From Lytechinus pictus (lineage: Eukaryota): a stretch of 64,000 nucleotides of DNA. Within the stretch, counting starts at the first letter, position 1. Each line of letters begins with the position of its first letter. Made by a program: the position numbers and the translations under genes. A model generated the notes under the pieces. The model worked only from the letters and a program-made list of their open reading frames with translations, had not been told where the DNA came from and ran no database searches. Shown one piece after another: positions 1 through 14,354 of this stretch. Where the stretch lies: contig NC_087246.1 in the NCBI RefSeq assembly GCF_037042905.1, positions 18,600,001 to 18,664,000 of the forward strand, read 5' to 3'.

Positions 1-69
1 ATATTTTGTCGTAGGTTGGGCTCGTTCCTTCCCCCCCCCCCCCCCCTCATCTTCAACCTATCAATTCAC

Positions 70-140
70 CTGGGGGAAGTGGAGCATTCTTCTGAATCAA
101 AACAACAGCTACTTTAGATCCTCTTCCATGGAGACTTGTC
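70..140 (-). CDS. TRAPPC11: TRAPPC11 coding exon 3 ((R)[23 protein letters not shown](G)); gene continues off the left end
   Basis: ttttcttcag acceptor and gtgaat donor; phase fits exon 2; resembles recalled human [23 protein letters not shown]. Confidence 0.9.
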
Positions 141-925
141 CTGAAGAAAAAAAAAAAAGAACTTTGATTGGCAAATTATGTCAAACTTGTATGTATGTGC
201 CGTTATACAATGTTCCTTGGAAGAATTGAATGATACTTTGATACAGGAGTAGCCTTCCAACTCCAATATAAAACATTATATATTTATATCAAATTAAACG
301 TACACATATCACCGTTATAATTATAGACCAGAGTAATACACAAATTTAATGTTAATATCGGCAATAGTATGAGTCAGGATTCTTTGAATACAGATAAATG
401 AGTTTGAAATTCTTGCCTCCAGTGAACATTCACTGCTAAAACTGACCATTGATTAACTAATCAGGACTAACTGTATTTTTAGGTAAGCATCCTTCAAGCT
501 CAACACAAACAAATGACCCAGTACAAAGAGATATGTAGACTGAACAGATAAGAACAAGAGACCTTTCCCATTTACAAGTGACATATCATAAACCGACAAA
601 ATAAAGCTGTTTACGATTCTCTCATTACCTTAAACACGTCATTGATCCATTCTTATGCTATAAAATGAGATATCCTAAATTTCAAGTTTTAACGTAATGT
701 GAGTGAACCACCTAAAATTCTAATTAAATCTTTAGAATAACAAACCTTGCATTCAGAAGCAAGTGAACAACTAAACTTCATATCTTAAAAGGTTGATTTT
801 CATGTATGCAAGAAAGGGTCATCAGTGATGCATTAAAATGTGCATAAATTAGAATCAGCCTTATGAAACAGTGCCTGGGCACATAAACGTGTATCACTAA
901 ATGCTAAAAAAAAATTAATTCATAC

Positions 926-1098
926 CTGACAACTTCTACCCTTGTAGCGCACTCCATTTGTTTCTCCTTCCACTGTTGTTCATCCCAGTCTAGATCGTAG
1001 AAGACAACAACTAAACCTGGAATATCTTCTTGATGTTTTTTCATCCAGCTCGTCTTTAAGATTCCTTTCGGGATGTACCATTCATATGATGTCCTTTG
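926..1098 (-). CDS. TRAPPC11: TRAPPC11 coding exon 2 ([18 protein letters not shown]...[10 protein letters not shown])
   Basis: Inside ORF 904..1287; cag acceptor and gtatg donor; closely matches the TRAPPC11 N-terminal block. Confidence 0.95.
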
Positions 1099-1166
1099 CT
1101 GTATGTACCAATGAAAACACACACAAGTTAATCTAATGAAAGCAAAACGTTCTGCTGAGTAGTTCC

Positions 1167-1754
1167 CCGGGGGGCCACTAACATTGACGAGTGGATACCA
1201 TGCACGACCAAAAAAACACGTAAAAAGGATGTCTTTTTCAAGATAGGGCACGTTACGTACGTAACGTAATAAGGGTATCAAAAACACTAAAATAATGAAA
1301 AAAGGTTATCTATTTTAAAGGGAAAGCTACGTGTTTAGGGTCAAATTTGCGAGGGTATAAAAAATTAAGAATTAAATGTTTTATAAAAGATGTACTTTTT
1401 GCCCCAAGCGTCAACACTACCTGTTTAGAGTACGATTTATGCGAGGTGTGGGAGGTGGGGCTGTACTACATGTACTAAACCCAATGATGTATAGGTAAAG
1501 GTAAAACCGACGACAGACGTCCGCGACATACAATTGAAATAAACTGTACTTGTTTAGGGGTTCAATTCACGGAATACTTGCCAATAGTATCGTTTTGTTT
1601 CCAATACTTATTAAGGGTAGGATTTCACACGCCAATACTTGTTAGTGGGTGCATTTTCAGAATATGGAAAATACGTGTTTAGGGTGCTTTTCGAGACCCC
1701 ATGGTCGCGCATGGTATCCACTTGTCAATGGAAGTGCCCCCCCCCCCCCCCCGG
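1167..1754. mobile_element. MITE with 9-bp TSD (Mutator-like)
   Basis: About 45-bp imperfect TIRs (ccggggggccact...gtggataccatgc); flanked by agtagttcc at 1158-1166 and 1755-1763. Confidence 0.8.
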
Positions 1755-2763
1755 AGTAGTTCCTGTTTAAGGAATACTAAGTTCACAGCATTTTTTTCAT
1801 ACATGTGTTAGATTAACCCAGCGAGCTCCGGCCCGCGAAGCCAGCCTGAGCTCCCTGGGTTAGTGTTAGATGTGTAGAACATAAATACTGACCTGAGACA
1901 AATGATAAAATGATAGTTTCAAAGAATATACTGTATAATAGGAAATTAGGAATACAGAAAAATTATACGTTGGTTATACTTTCAGTATTAAAATTTGAAA
2001 TTTAAAAAGCAGGTGAGCAAACTATTTACTAAGCAATAAAGAAATTCAATTTTAAAGTTGGATCAATTCAACATCAACACCTCTTCCATGACAATCATAC
2101 AGTTTACACCAAGAATTTAAAAGAACTCATCAGACAGATCTTTCCAAAAGAGATTTTAATAAAGTATAAACAACAACTTTCTCTCTCTTTAGTACTCAGT
2201 TCTACTATACTCTGCTGAAATTTGTATGCTAATAGAATCCTTTTAATAGCTTTTAAAGACATTACTTTCTGTAGAGTAGTCTAAATCATCACTATCACTA
2301 AGGTAAAAAAGAAAAAGAGTTACTTAATATTGAAGATGAAAATTAGAACACTATGATACAATGTTGATTCGTAAAGAGTACATCATCCTTCTATTCTTTT
2401 TTTTTTTTCAACTGCTCTAAAATGCATGTAGCTATTTGATTATTGTCATTGTGAAACACGCCATCATTTTTAGTATTATTGAATGATTTGCCAAATAATC
2501 TGAAAAGTACAATCACAATATCATGCCTTACACATATTCCTGATAGAGATATATATCAGTTAATCAATTTACAAATGATACAAAGTGTACAATTTTAAGT
2601 AATTAAAGGCCTATACAATTATTGATGTGATTGAAGTATATTAATCTCAGGCAGTTGGCAATGTTCAATTCATTTATTAAGATCTATTTTCGTACTCATA
2701 TGCATGGCATTGAGACAAGTGAATTTCCTGCTTTTGAGCTCTGCATAAAGGAAACACATACCT

Positions 2764-3417
2764 GTATGATGGGGTGTCCAAACTTCGCGCACTTTTCAAA
2801 AATATTTATCAGGCTTAAATTTGTTCACAAAATATTCATAATTTATACAAAACCAATTCAAGAAATAGTTACCACATTTACGGCAAGATCGTAAACTGTA
2901 AAATCATGGACGAAAATGTAAAGTAGGTCAAGGGGATTCGCCAGTATCGCGATCTCAAAATTCTATTCCGATCGGCGAATGAGCGCTGTGCTGGAAAACC
3001 GTTCAGAAAAAGTGTGACCTAACTTCGCGGACCAAAGTTTTTGTGGACATTTAAACAAAAACTCAAGCTCAAAAAATGAAATATTTATATCAGATTGACG
3101 GCAAATTGCTATAGAATCGGTTAGTACCACATTTAACTCACATTTTTGATAATTTCTGCTTGCAAAATGGTGATATCGTGATGCTTGTTGAAAATATCAG
3201 ATTTCTTCAAAACGGGCGCCAACAGTGACAAATTTGCCGATCTTTTGCCAATATTTTCATGAATACTGAACTCATCCTAAAGAAACTTACACCAAAGGGT
3301 AATTTTAGGTCGCTTTTCACGTTGATGATGTCAGATTTTAAGAATATTGGCTAGTTTTTTAGATAATGACCGTCCGCGAAGTATGGACACGCGCGAAGTT
3401 TGGACTCACTGTCATAC
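2764..3417. mobile_element. Non-autonomous TIR DNA transposon
   Basis: gtatga-N6-gtccaaacttcgcgc inverted at both ends; internal partial copies of the motif. Confidence 0.6.
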
Positions 3418-3775
3418 TACAAGCAAAGACAATTCCTGTGCATGCGAATCCATACATGTTTTGTCATTTTTCATGTACTTTTGTACAGATTTCTTTCTCA
3501 CTTTATTCAGGGAAAAAAAAAATTTGGATCACGATTTGAGGGGAGCGAACAGAAAAACGAAGATCCATCGAATTGAGGTAGTTGCTTACTTTCCTCTTTC
3601 ATTTTTTTGGGGGGGATCCGGGACATATCGATTGATGATGTTCGGCCTAGGGCCATGATTTGTGGTTGCATTTGCCTCTGTTTAACTTTGACTCCGAGTT
3701 TGAGTTTAACTTGTTTGAGTGGTCGGATTCAGGTCGGATTCTGGGACTGGGTTACCAAAAAGCGAGTGGGCCTAC

Positions 3776-4054
3776 CTTTGACCGACACTTTGGATATTCA
3801 TGGTCAGCTGGTAGTGATTTGAAATTCAGTGGTACTCTATCTGGTCTACGGTTGGCGCTAAACGAATCCCAAATTGCTCTGTGAATGGCGTTATACGTCA
3901 CGTCCAATCCAGTCAGCACAACAAGCCCCAACGGCCTGGAGGTGATCTCCGCCGACAGATTCCCGGGACCGGGAGATGGTCGTCCGATGGGCGACGTAGA
4001 ACTTGAAGTGGGCTGCACATCTGCAGCGACAGCTGCGGCATCGGGTTCGGTCAT
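3776..4054 (-). CDS. TRAPPC11: TRAPPC11 coding exon 1 (MTEPD...[47 protein letters not shown])
   Basis: 93 codons ending at AAG|gtagg; strong match to TRAPPC11; an acceptor at 4069-4070 implies an upstream non-coding exon. Confidence 0.95.
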
Positions 4055-4185
4055 TTCTACAAGCCAGTCTAAGGAAACTAAAGTGGAAAAGGGATAAAAT
4101 CATATGCAAAATTGTGATAAAATATAAACAATTCATCATGAACTTTATACAAATTGAAATAAAGAACAAAAACGAAAAGGTACAC

Positions 4186-4320
4186 ACCTACTTTCCTTGA
4201 TCAGCAAAACAGTCGTCAGTTGACGTCGTAGATGGCGTGTGTGCGTTGTTTATTTACTACTCTGGTTGGATATTATTTTTTGTCATATATTTTGGGGTGG
4301 GGCGGGGGTAGGCAACCTCG
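4186..4320 (-). promoter_or_regulatory. Probable TRAPPC11 non-coding first exon and promoter
   Basis: Donor-like ag|gtgtgt near 4187; local CpG enrichment; CRE-like tgacgtcg near 4221; GC box gggcgggg near 4300. Confidence 0.45.
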
Positions 4321-5183
4321 CCCCTGCTCATTTAATTATCATTTTATAGGCAGAGGTATTGATTCCTTTTGATCATACAGATTGCTTCGTTGCAAATGAA
4401 TGTTGTGTATTAATTTCCCCAAATAATACGTTTTTTGTTCATGATTTTTATATCCCAGTTTTTAAACTGTCACTTCTACTCTTAAGGGTATCAAAATTAA
4501 AATGCTACAAGGTCTGATAATTAAAAAAAAATGATTATTTAAGCAAGTCCAGACCTTATCTGATTAATAAATAGGTCCCAGATATCCTCCACATCAACAT
4601 GTCATTATAGTCTCCACCCACTTCGTCCAATTGATCATCCCTTGTCTAATCCTACTTCATTCCAAACCAGTTTGGTCTCATCCCACATATCATATTCGCT
4701 CAAAAGTTTGTCTACTCTACGCATTTAGTCCAAATGCCATATAGCCTATCACGATTTTAAATTTTGTCTATTTCCAGTAAGGCTAAGCCCATTCCATCCA
4801 CTTGATATATTCACGTATTATAATGTGCCAATTAATCATTTAATTTCTTGGATTTAATTACTTTTAAAAACTTTCAGAAAAAATCATCTACCTAAAGGAC
4901 CAATTCCCAAATAGTGGCATTTTCAACAATTATCAAGACATCACTTTTTATCATTGTCTCCATCTTTGCTTTCTCCTTTAATTTTTATTCATTTCACCAA
5001 ACCTAAATTACTGCAGGATATTTGCTTATCATATGCAAAAGTATTATGAAATATGATATCACTTCACATTGGTGGCAGCGGTGGGATCAATACACAGCAA
5101 AACTGTACATGTGGTGCTTACCAGTGTATAATGAGAACCATACAAGTAATATTACTCCAGTCTGAGGGCAATGTTCAAACAAT

Positions 5184-5456
5184 CAGGGTCCCGTCTTACA
5201 AAGACTTGCGATTGATCCGATCAATCACAACTATGGAAAGCCAGCAACGTCAACATGTAAAATACATTTTTGTTCAAAATATTTTCTAGAAATGACTTAT
5301 ATTCATACACTGTTTTCTTGACAATTCAGTGTGCTTCTTTTAGTTTTCAAAGGACATTGATGAAATTTCCCAAAGAAAAAAATTATGACATTGATGGATT
5401 TCCATATACTTGAGATTGATTGGATCAATCATAACTCTTTGTAAGACGGGGCCCTG
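5184..5456. mobile_element. Hairpin MITE (PIF/Harbinger-like)
   Basis: TIR cagggtcccgtcttacaaaga / tctttgtaagacggggccctg. Confidence 0.75.
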
Positions 5457-8080
5457 GTGTAGGACTTTAATACCTCAGGGTATGGTCCTCTGGGGACAAG
5501 AACAAGTGTCTGTTGTTTCAATCCCACTTTTTTTACAGTGTATACAATAATGATAAGCCCATTAAACTCATGGGGATGTTTAAATGATATGCTGCTAAAG
5601 AAATAAGGATAAACAAAAATTTTTAAATATTTTTTTTCAGAAATAAATGGGAAATGGGCAATAGCATTTAACTCAAAGCACAATTTGATGTATACTACAG
5701 AGCAAAAAAACCCTGTTCAGATACCATGTCTTATACTTCCATTCAGCATCACCAATCAAACACAATTACTCTTATACGCCATTCATCTCCAAGTTAATAT
5801 AAACAATCTTTTCCAATGCAACAACACCAAACATTCCCTCAATTTCCTTTTTTTCCTACAGTTAATTTTTTTTTATAGAAAAGTCAAAGGGGAGACGTCA
5901 CTCAAAACAAAATTAGGTTTCCATAAATGTCTTTATAAAGCAATACATGCTAATTTCCACAAACCATTATTCTCTATTTCTTAGACAAGAATATAAGTAA
6001 ATAACATTTGCCAAGTAATGACATCATGAAGGCAGCAACTCTAAAAGAAAGAAAAAAACATTACACAATTGCAATAAAATGTAAATTCATGTAGTCATTT
6101 CTACATAATATAAAATTTTGAAAAATATCATTTGACCTGTCAAATATTAAAAGACCATAATGGTATACACAAACCATACTCTTGATTGGGTTTTCAAATA
6201 ATCAAAGATGGCAAAAAAAATGATTTCTTAAAATATATAGGAAATGGAACCAAAATTACTTCATGAAATATTTCTCTAAAAAGTTTTCTAAAACATTTCA
6301 CAATTAATTCATAAAAACGTGTGATTAACATGAAATTAAAATTACTAAGCCGCATTTGGAGGAGTCATAGATAAAAAGTATCGAAGCTTGAAAACACAGG
6401 ATTTCCTTATATTCTTTTCAAATTCTGGTTTGTATACTATAAATAATATGAATTTACAAGGAAATATTCATACAGAAATACATAGGTTTCAGATCAACTG
6501 AACTCCAAGTATGGGTGAAAATACATTTCCATACTAAATTAATACAAATAATACTTTTAGTTTTTGTACACTTACATCTCTAATGAGAAATACAAAATGA
6601 GATAAACCATATAAAACCATATAAACTCAAATTTTATAAATGTTATTGAATTAATCACTAATAATATAAAATATATCAGGATAGTTGAACCTCTATTGCA
6701 AAGATAATTCAGCAAATCAACCATAAACTAAACTAAAATTCTGCAGTATGTAGTACACTATTCAGAAAATATTTGTTGCACATAAAGTACTAATTTGTCA
6801 CCTGAATTTATATTGCATGGATAACAAATGATAGATTAAGATGAACAAAACACATTGTATTATTGTTCAATCACAAAACATATTCTTGCAGAATTAGTCT
6901 GAGGTCTGTTTTATGAAATCACAAACAAGACTGCCATAATAAACTATTATTGATAATTAGAACCAATGATTTTGGTGGACTGATCGGGCCATAAAAAAAA
7001 GTTAGGGTGGAGCCTTGCGCAAAGTCTTGGAAAAAAGAAAAAGAAGGGTCAACTTTTGGGGGTAATTACAGCTTATTTTTAAAAAGTCAACAAGGCCTAT
7101 AAAAAATTAACTTATTTTGGCAGTGAAATTGAAATTGTGTAACAAACAAGAAGTACTATGTTGCAATAATCTTTTAATCACACACATCCAACATTGAGAG
7201 TTGTTTATATTGTTACTATTATTATCATTATTGATCATTTGAAAAGATAATTTCTCATGAAGACATACCGGTACATATCAAACTTGGCCAAATAAGTAGA
7301 AACCTAAATCACACAATTGTTTGAGTAGTTTGAGGTAATTCTGTCTACATTTTTGTAATATTTACATAATATCGATCTAGTCTTCACATATTTCTTCAGT
7401 ACAATGCAATCCGATACCACTCATTGCGTTTTTCAACCTTAATAAATTTTATCCTTGGAAGCTCAATCTAAATTCTAAAAATCAAATATTGCATGCTCTT
7501 GTAACAAAAAAAAGTCAGGCACATCTAATACAATTATTTTCACAGCTACAAACATACATACACATACTGTATAAAAATAAATGCTGGAATATTTTTAAAC
7601 ACTGGAAATAACTTATCAATTCACTTTTAACATACCATTCTAAATGAACAGGCTAAATAAGAACAACAACCTTAGGCTTAGCTTGAATGTGCATCCACTC
7701 AAAGAAAAATTATACGATTGACTTTTTTCTTTCAATAAAGTGTGTATGAATTAAAAGGGAATCCAACTACAATTGAAAGCCGTATAAAAAACGAAAATCA
7801 AAGGTGTAATTAGAACCCCACCCCCTCCAAACAAAATCTGGCCAAAGATGTAATGAATTTCTAAAAGAATACAAGAAGTGGTAAAATCTATGGCCACACA
7901 GGTAATGTAATATGATGGGTAAACTGCCAATTGGTGAACAACCATTTTGTTTATTGCCCATGTGATCTTATCTCAGATGGTCTTACTCTCATCCTCCTTC
8001 ATCTACAACAAATTCACCAAATAACCTTTCAGTATATTTGCCACTCTATATTCTGTTTACCATTTTGTCTTATCCCAAGT

Positions 8081-8247
8081 GGGTGTTTCATAAAGCTGTT
8101 CGTAAGTTAAGAACGACTTTAAGAATGACTGGTGATCCTTTCTTGTGGTAAATGGTATATTCATTGGCGATGGTTAAGTGCATAAGAAAGGATCACTGGT
8201 CGTTCTTAAAGTTGCTCTTAACTTACAAACAGCTTTATGAAACGCCC
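8081..8247. mobile_element. Hairpin MITE
   Basis: About 60-bp inverted arms beginning gggtgtttcataaagctgtt. Confidence 0.75.
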
Positions 8248-8531
8248 CCCCCCCCCCACCCCCCGTTTTAGCTTTACCCATATATCACTTGGTTAGTCTA
8301 TATGGTTAGACAAACTGCTCATTTACCAAATTTTCATTTGAGAAAGTATAAAATAATAAGAAACAAAGTGGAAATTCAACCAACTGGGCATGTGCAAATT
8401 AGACTAGTGGGTATTGGACCAAGCGAAATGCAGACTAAATGGCAATAAGCCCAAATTGATGGTAGATCAAATGAAATGAATTAATGACCAAAATATGAAA
8501 AAAAAACAAGATCAAGTCTTCACAAAAATCT

Positions 8532-8680
8532 GGGCCCCATTTCATAAAGAGTTACAACTGTTGAAACTTTGCCATTATGGCAACTACCATGGCAACCTTG
8601 ATTCTGATTGACGCTGAGCCCCGTTACCATGGTGGTTGCCATAATGGCAACAGTTGCAAGTCCTTTATGAAACAGGCCCC
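8532..8680. mobile_element. Hairpin MITE, same family as the copies at 19102 and 22683
   Basis: ttcataaaga...ttgccattatggcaactaccatgg inverted arms. Confidence 0.7.
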
Positions 8681-10491
8681 TGAAATTCTTACTCTGCTTT
8701 CCGTCACTTATTTCCTCACACCTATTGATGAAATACCCATAAATATTGGCAGAGTATACATGGAATCAAGGCATGTTAATGTAATATTGAGTTGATTATT
8801 ACATGGACGACCTAGAATTGTTATTTTTGCATTATCACGATGCTCCTTTTCATCACATGGTCATCAACTCCTTCTGTACTGCTATATACAGAATGTCCAT
8901 TTGAAATATCAGTTACACACTTCTGATCTTTCTGAAGTCGAGTCAGCAGGGCAGTACTCTGAATGTCGCTTTAGCATGTCCAGTCAAAAGAAGTACATCA
9001 AGTTCCCCTTGCACCTTCAAAAATAAGCCAACATTATCTACCACGGATTATTGATTAACCTTTATATATCATTGGCATGGCAACACAGTTCTATGGTATC
9101 ACAAGGAAGTGTTACCCATGGTCCATCTCTATAAGGTCCAGAATTAAATCAGTAAGATAGCTTATTTTTATTACAATACCAATTGGAACCAGCTGGAACC
9201 AGCTAAGACTTGTTTTCTAGTTAGGTGGAATGTCTCTTGTCTAATGTCTACATTGTACTTTAAACACAACCTGAGATCATTATGGACGAAAATACAACAA
9301 TTTTAACCATAATTACACACAAATAAGTGGCAGTCGTCTAGTACTATCCATTCAAATTTATATTGATTTTGTATTTAAGTTCAAAGGGTTGTTTCACATG
9401 GCCGTTCAAGTTACTTTATGAATAACTGGACCATGTACTTTTACTAAATGAGATAAACAAATTTCCTTTCTGTTAACAAAGTAAAAGTAGGACTTAATTT
9501 CCTATACAACTCCAATCAAGTTTTGACTACTAATAAACTTCATATGCGAATGCCTGTAAATAATAAGAATTCCTTTATTGGCAAACATTAGATTTCAACT
9601 CGAGTTGATGTGAATGAAAATGATTGAGAGTTTTGGCTGGCACCCCTAAACATTTCACAAGTAGACTTAGGACCAGCTTTCTGAAAAATGCATCAATAAT
9701 AAGTTTCAGGAGGGGGGGGGTGTTTCACAAAGCTGTTCTTTAGTTACACATGGCTTTATGACAACTTGAATATACATGTAAAATGCCAAAATAAGAGCCA
9801 AATTGTTTATAATTCAACAAAGTTTTGCAATTCATTTAACAATCTCATTGAAACTGCATGCACACTGTAGGCCTACTGACCACCTATGTTAGTAGTAAAG
9901 TTGTGAATTAACATCAGTGTCCTTCAACTTTAGCTAATGTGAATGGACTGAAAAGGATAAACCACCTTGGATTCTCAGATTCCATTTACTTTGTATGGCT
10001 GCTTTCAACTTTACAGTCAGCTTTAAGATACAGCCCCCAATCATGATTTGCAAAGTTGTGGATCCTGCCACTGAAACATCATTATGACTAGGCAAGACAT
10101 TAATCTATGTTTGCCATACACAACCCAAGTGGGGGATGTGTACCTGGTAGGTATGCAATGAAATGCTATCATGTATAAATAGCTAGAGCCAGGGTGGTTT
10201 CTTTGACTACCAAGGGTATGAACACCATATAAGATACAACTATCATATTCAAGCTCAAAGGGTGAAATGCACCATTTCTGTGCAAAAAGTAAGAAGTAAA
10301 CACGTTATCCAGACTGGATCTTACAGCATATAATCATCTTTTGTCCCTCTTAGTGTATTAGTGTATAAGCTACGGCAATACTGTACATAATGGCCGTAAT
10401 ATAGATTAGTTATATGTGGATAAATACATGAACTACTCTGGTGAGAGATTACACATAAAACTTCTTGTAATACATGGAATATAATCAATTA

Positions 10492-10652
10492 GGGGACTGT
10501 TTCACAAAGCTGTTCCTAAGTTATGCCTGACCTTACACATGACTGGTGACCCTTTCTTGTGCTAAATGATATATCCATATGCAGCTAACTTAGCTCCTAA
10601 GAACATGTTCCAGCTTTGCATAACTTATGAACAGCTTTATGAAATACCACCC
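10492..10652. mobile_element. Degenerate hairpin MITE, same family as 8081
   Basis: tttcacaaagctgttcctaagtta / taacttatgaacagctttatgaaa. Confidence 0.65.
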
Positions 10653-10869
10653 TGGGGTAGCCTACCCTGATAATAAGTAAGGAAACAAGTAATATATTAA
10701 GTAAAGAAACAGCTTAGCATCTCAAAAATGTACTATATATTTAAAATATTCTCACTAACAAATTGGTCCATTAAATATATAAAAATGATCTTTTTCTGAT
10801 TCATAGATGCACAATAAATCTAATCAAGTTATGAGTGATCTTTACACTTGTCCATCATCGGCCTGACCC

Positions 10870-11412
10870 CTATACTATACACCGAGCTGCTAGAATTTTA
10901 AATTAACAAATTCTTCGACCTTTTTCCTGTGACCTTGCAATCCCCAAATCAACGCAGATTATCATGATTCATACATGCATACGTAAAGCAAGACTGAAGA
11001 TATCCCTCAAAGAAGATTCTTCAATTATTGTGAGAAAGAGATATTTTCACAATTGACCTTTGACTTCATGACCCAAAATCGAATGGATCTTTGTCCTTCA
11101 GGTATCGCAAAAACAAGGCATTACAATGTACATGTATATAATGACCTCTGCAACCTCACTATTCCCAAAATCTATTCCGATCATTACCGCTCCCAGTCGC
11201 ATACATTAGCCAAGTTTAATGTTCAATATTTTCTTGCATTAATAACCCCCCAAAATAATCAGATCATTGTCACTCCTGTATGTATACCTGGACTATTAAA
11301 GTTTGAAGTTGATCCATAAGATATTCTTTCAGTTATCGCTAGAACGGACGGACGGATGAACTGAAAACATAATACCTTTGGGACCACCTATGGTACGTGG
11401 AAGCATACAAAT
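10870..11412 (-). mobile_element. Degenerate HINE/Helentron-like element
   Basis: tgaccttt-type repeats and a (ggac)n microsatellite near the end, as in the element at 13789. Confidence 0.45.
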
Positions 11413-11959
11413 AAAATACATTCAATTTCAGAGTAAAAGAAAGAGTATAACACTTCCAAGACAGGAACAGTGCAAGAGTACTTAGCTGAAGGTGGACAAG
11501 ATGACCAAAAGTTGACCTTGATTTATTCTTTTAACCTATCAACTACTTATTTCTGTAATACCTACAAGCTTTGTACTGAGATCACCTGGTTCCAGTATGC
11601 AACAGGTTAAATGAAAAAGGGGAAATTGCATAAAATTACATGATCTCTCTATCTAAACTCTTTCAGCGATTCCCTATTGCAAGATATGCCATATGAGTTT
11701 TCTTTCATGTTCCTTTCCATTATAATTTTGAAATATAGCAAATTAATTTCAAAATTCTAAAAAGATACTTCATTACTCTCACTAATTTGTATCTTATATA
11801 TTCTCATTTTCTTAAAACCAACTTGATATTAGGGTGAACTTTCCTGTTGAAATAACTTGAAGATCTTGTCTTGATGAAAAGCCATGTAGATTGTTTACTG
11901 TCTTTTTTTTTGTTGGTCTGTCTACATCAAAGATCAAAAGGAATTTAAAGAAGAAGGAT

Positions 11960-12051
11960 TCAGTGTTTCCCATGCCTTTCCTTTTGGTCTACAATGTCCT
12001 TAAGAAGAAGTGCTAGTTCGGAGTGGTCAACTTCATGGCAAAATTGTTCTC
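11960..12051 (-). CDS. MAPKAPK5: MAPKAPK5 exon 11, terminal ((G)EQFCHEVDHSELALLLKDIVDQKERHGKH*)
   Basis: tttttacag acceptor; phase fits exon 10; aligns to the MK5 C-terminus. Confidence 0.85.
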
Positions 12052-12168
12052 CTGTAAAAAAAGAGAAAGAAAATATATAATGATATGGAATTGAATGGAA
12101 CAGAACAAAATAAAATGTAGTATAGAATTAGGAGGATGTTTAAATAGAGATGATAATATCACACTTAT

Positions 12169-12385
12169 GGGGCATTGCAAGAAACTTGCAATCAATTGCA
12201 GGTCTATTTTCGTTCTCGAAATCAAGCATATGCTGTGCAATCAATTGCAAATTTGCGATTGATTGCTGATTTGTTCCATGAAACACGGAGTGTAATATGA
12301 TTTCCTACAGTTAAAAGTGATCAATCAATTGTAAAATTGCAACAGAAGTTTGCAATTGATTGCAAATATTTTCTGCAACACCCCC
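12169..12385. mobile_element. Hairpin MITE
   Basis: ggggcattgcaagaaacttgcaatcaattgca inverted ends. Confidence 0.65.
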
Positions 12386-13044
12386 TAAAACATCCTAGAG
12401 GTTGTAACACATTACTGCAATGACCAGTTCAAGTGCAAAGGATGCATGGTATTTTAGTCAACAATAAATTTATATGTTGCAATTCACATGTGCATTGGTA
12501 TTTGCATGCAGCATTTGAGTCACACTCAACACTTTTGTGAAACACACGCCCTATAACTAAAGCTTTGATTGAAAAATATAGGTTGGTATCAAGGAGTGTC
12601 TAGGGTAGCACCTAGTCAGAAATGATCAATGACCAGCTCTAAGCCGTTCAAATGCAGGGATTTTAGTAGCTTATAAAAGTTTTCAGTGAACATCACTATC
12701 ACTGACAAAAGACTTCAAGAAATAGTCACTAAAGAGTTATAAAAAAATAAGATTCAAACCATGATACAAATGGTGTAATAATCTTATAACAATACTGAAA
12801 TTATATCTCCAAAATTAGATTGACTGCACTTAGCATTCTCTCAAGCTGAAATAACCACATTATTCAATTCAAATATATAGTCAATCAGCTTAAATATAAT
12901 TCAAGAAAAGAATTATGAAAAGCTTATTTACTCAAAGAATTCCAATTTCCCCCACTATTGGATTATCAATGGGACTTTCCTTTTCACAACTCAGTTTGAG
13001 GATGGAAAAGTGAAAGATAGCAACAAAAGTATATCGGATCATAC

Positions 13045-13149
13045 CATTCCATGATAGGCTGTGTAGTGCTTTATCAAGGGAGGGACAATCTGTGTTATAT
13101 TCACAAGCTCTCTTCATTAGCTCACATAGTGCATCCTCCCCATTGGTAT
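13045..13149 (-). CDS. MAPKAPK5: MAPKAPK5 exon 10 ((D)TNGEDALCELMKRACEYNTDCPSLDKALHSLSWN(G))
   Basis: GT-AG sites and phase fit; similar to MK5 AWKYNRECKLLRDTLQSFSWNG. Confidence 0.9.
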
Positions 13150-13788
13150 CTGATCAAAATAGAAAGGAAAAATAATATTAATTGAAAATCAACAAATCAA
13201 AGCAAAACTGAAATAGAGAATAACTGCTGATATGGTTCCTTGAAAAAAAAACCCAAAGATAAACTGTATTCTCAGAATGTGCATAATCATTTTCAAAGTC
13301 ATGAATCTATTAAATAAATTACAATTATGGTTTATAACTACGCTCCCTATGTATTATCATCTTTTGCATAATCACACAAGACAAGATTGAACTTGAAGTA
13401 AGCAAGACTGTCAATTCCTCAGCGTGAAGTATAATATGGCTCACAGATTTGCAGAATCATTTTCGACATAATGATTTGACTGGCTGAAATAGAAGCATGA
13501 TTTATGATTATGCTCATAAATTTCTAAATTATCAAGATAATAATAATTGGCATTGACTGTAGATGCCATAGCATGAAATAATACATGGTTCACTGTGTCT
13601 AAATTATTATTTTCAAGTAATGATTTTCAAACCGTGATTATGATAGAAGCTTAAATTATAATACTACAGATATGTTTCAGTGAATTTGTAAACTAAATTC
13701 ACAGTGAAGATTTCACTTGCAAGTCAGGGCATTTTTCTGTTAGAGCGCTGAGTTTGCATTGTTAGTATGCAGTGCTATACCTTTAGCT

Positions 13789-14354
13789 AACAAGAGTGTC
13801 GCTAAGGTGAGCACATAATACGCCCGCCTGTAAAGCGGAAAATTGAGATATCGTTCAAGCAAGAAAAGTGGAAGGTGGCGACTTCACCTTTGACTGTCTG
13901 ACCTCAATATCAATAGAATTCCTGAGATCTATGCTAGTATCATACAAACCAAATTATATGAGCCTAAAGGTTAAGTTAAACTGAAGTTATCACGTTTACA
14001 AGGACTGCAGCAGGGTAAGGTGAAAACATGTCACTGTGACCTTGACCTTTTGACCTCAAATCAATAGGCTTCCTGGGATCCACGCTAGTATCATACACAC
14101 CAAATTATAAGAGCCTAGGTTAAGTTAAACTGAAGTTATTGCGTTTACAAGGACTGCAGAAGGGTAAGATGAAAATAGGTCACTGTGACCTTGAACTTTG
14201 ACCTTTTGACCTCAAAATCAATAGGCATCCTGGAATCCATGCTAGTATCATACACACCAAATTATATGAGCCTAGGTTAAGTTCAACTTAAGTTATCGCG
14301 TTTACAAGGAAAAGTTAACGGACGGACGGACACCGAGCGTGATACCATAATATA
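13789..14354 (-). mobile_element. HINE/Helentron-like element with about 155-bp internal repeats
   Basis: aacaag end, about 3 tgaccttgacct repeat units, (ggac)n microsatellite; appears truncated by the next element. Confidence 0.65.
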
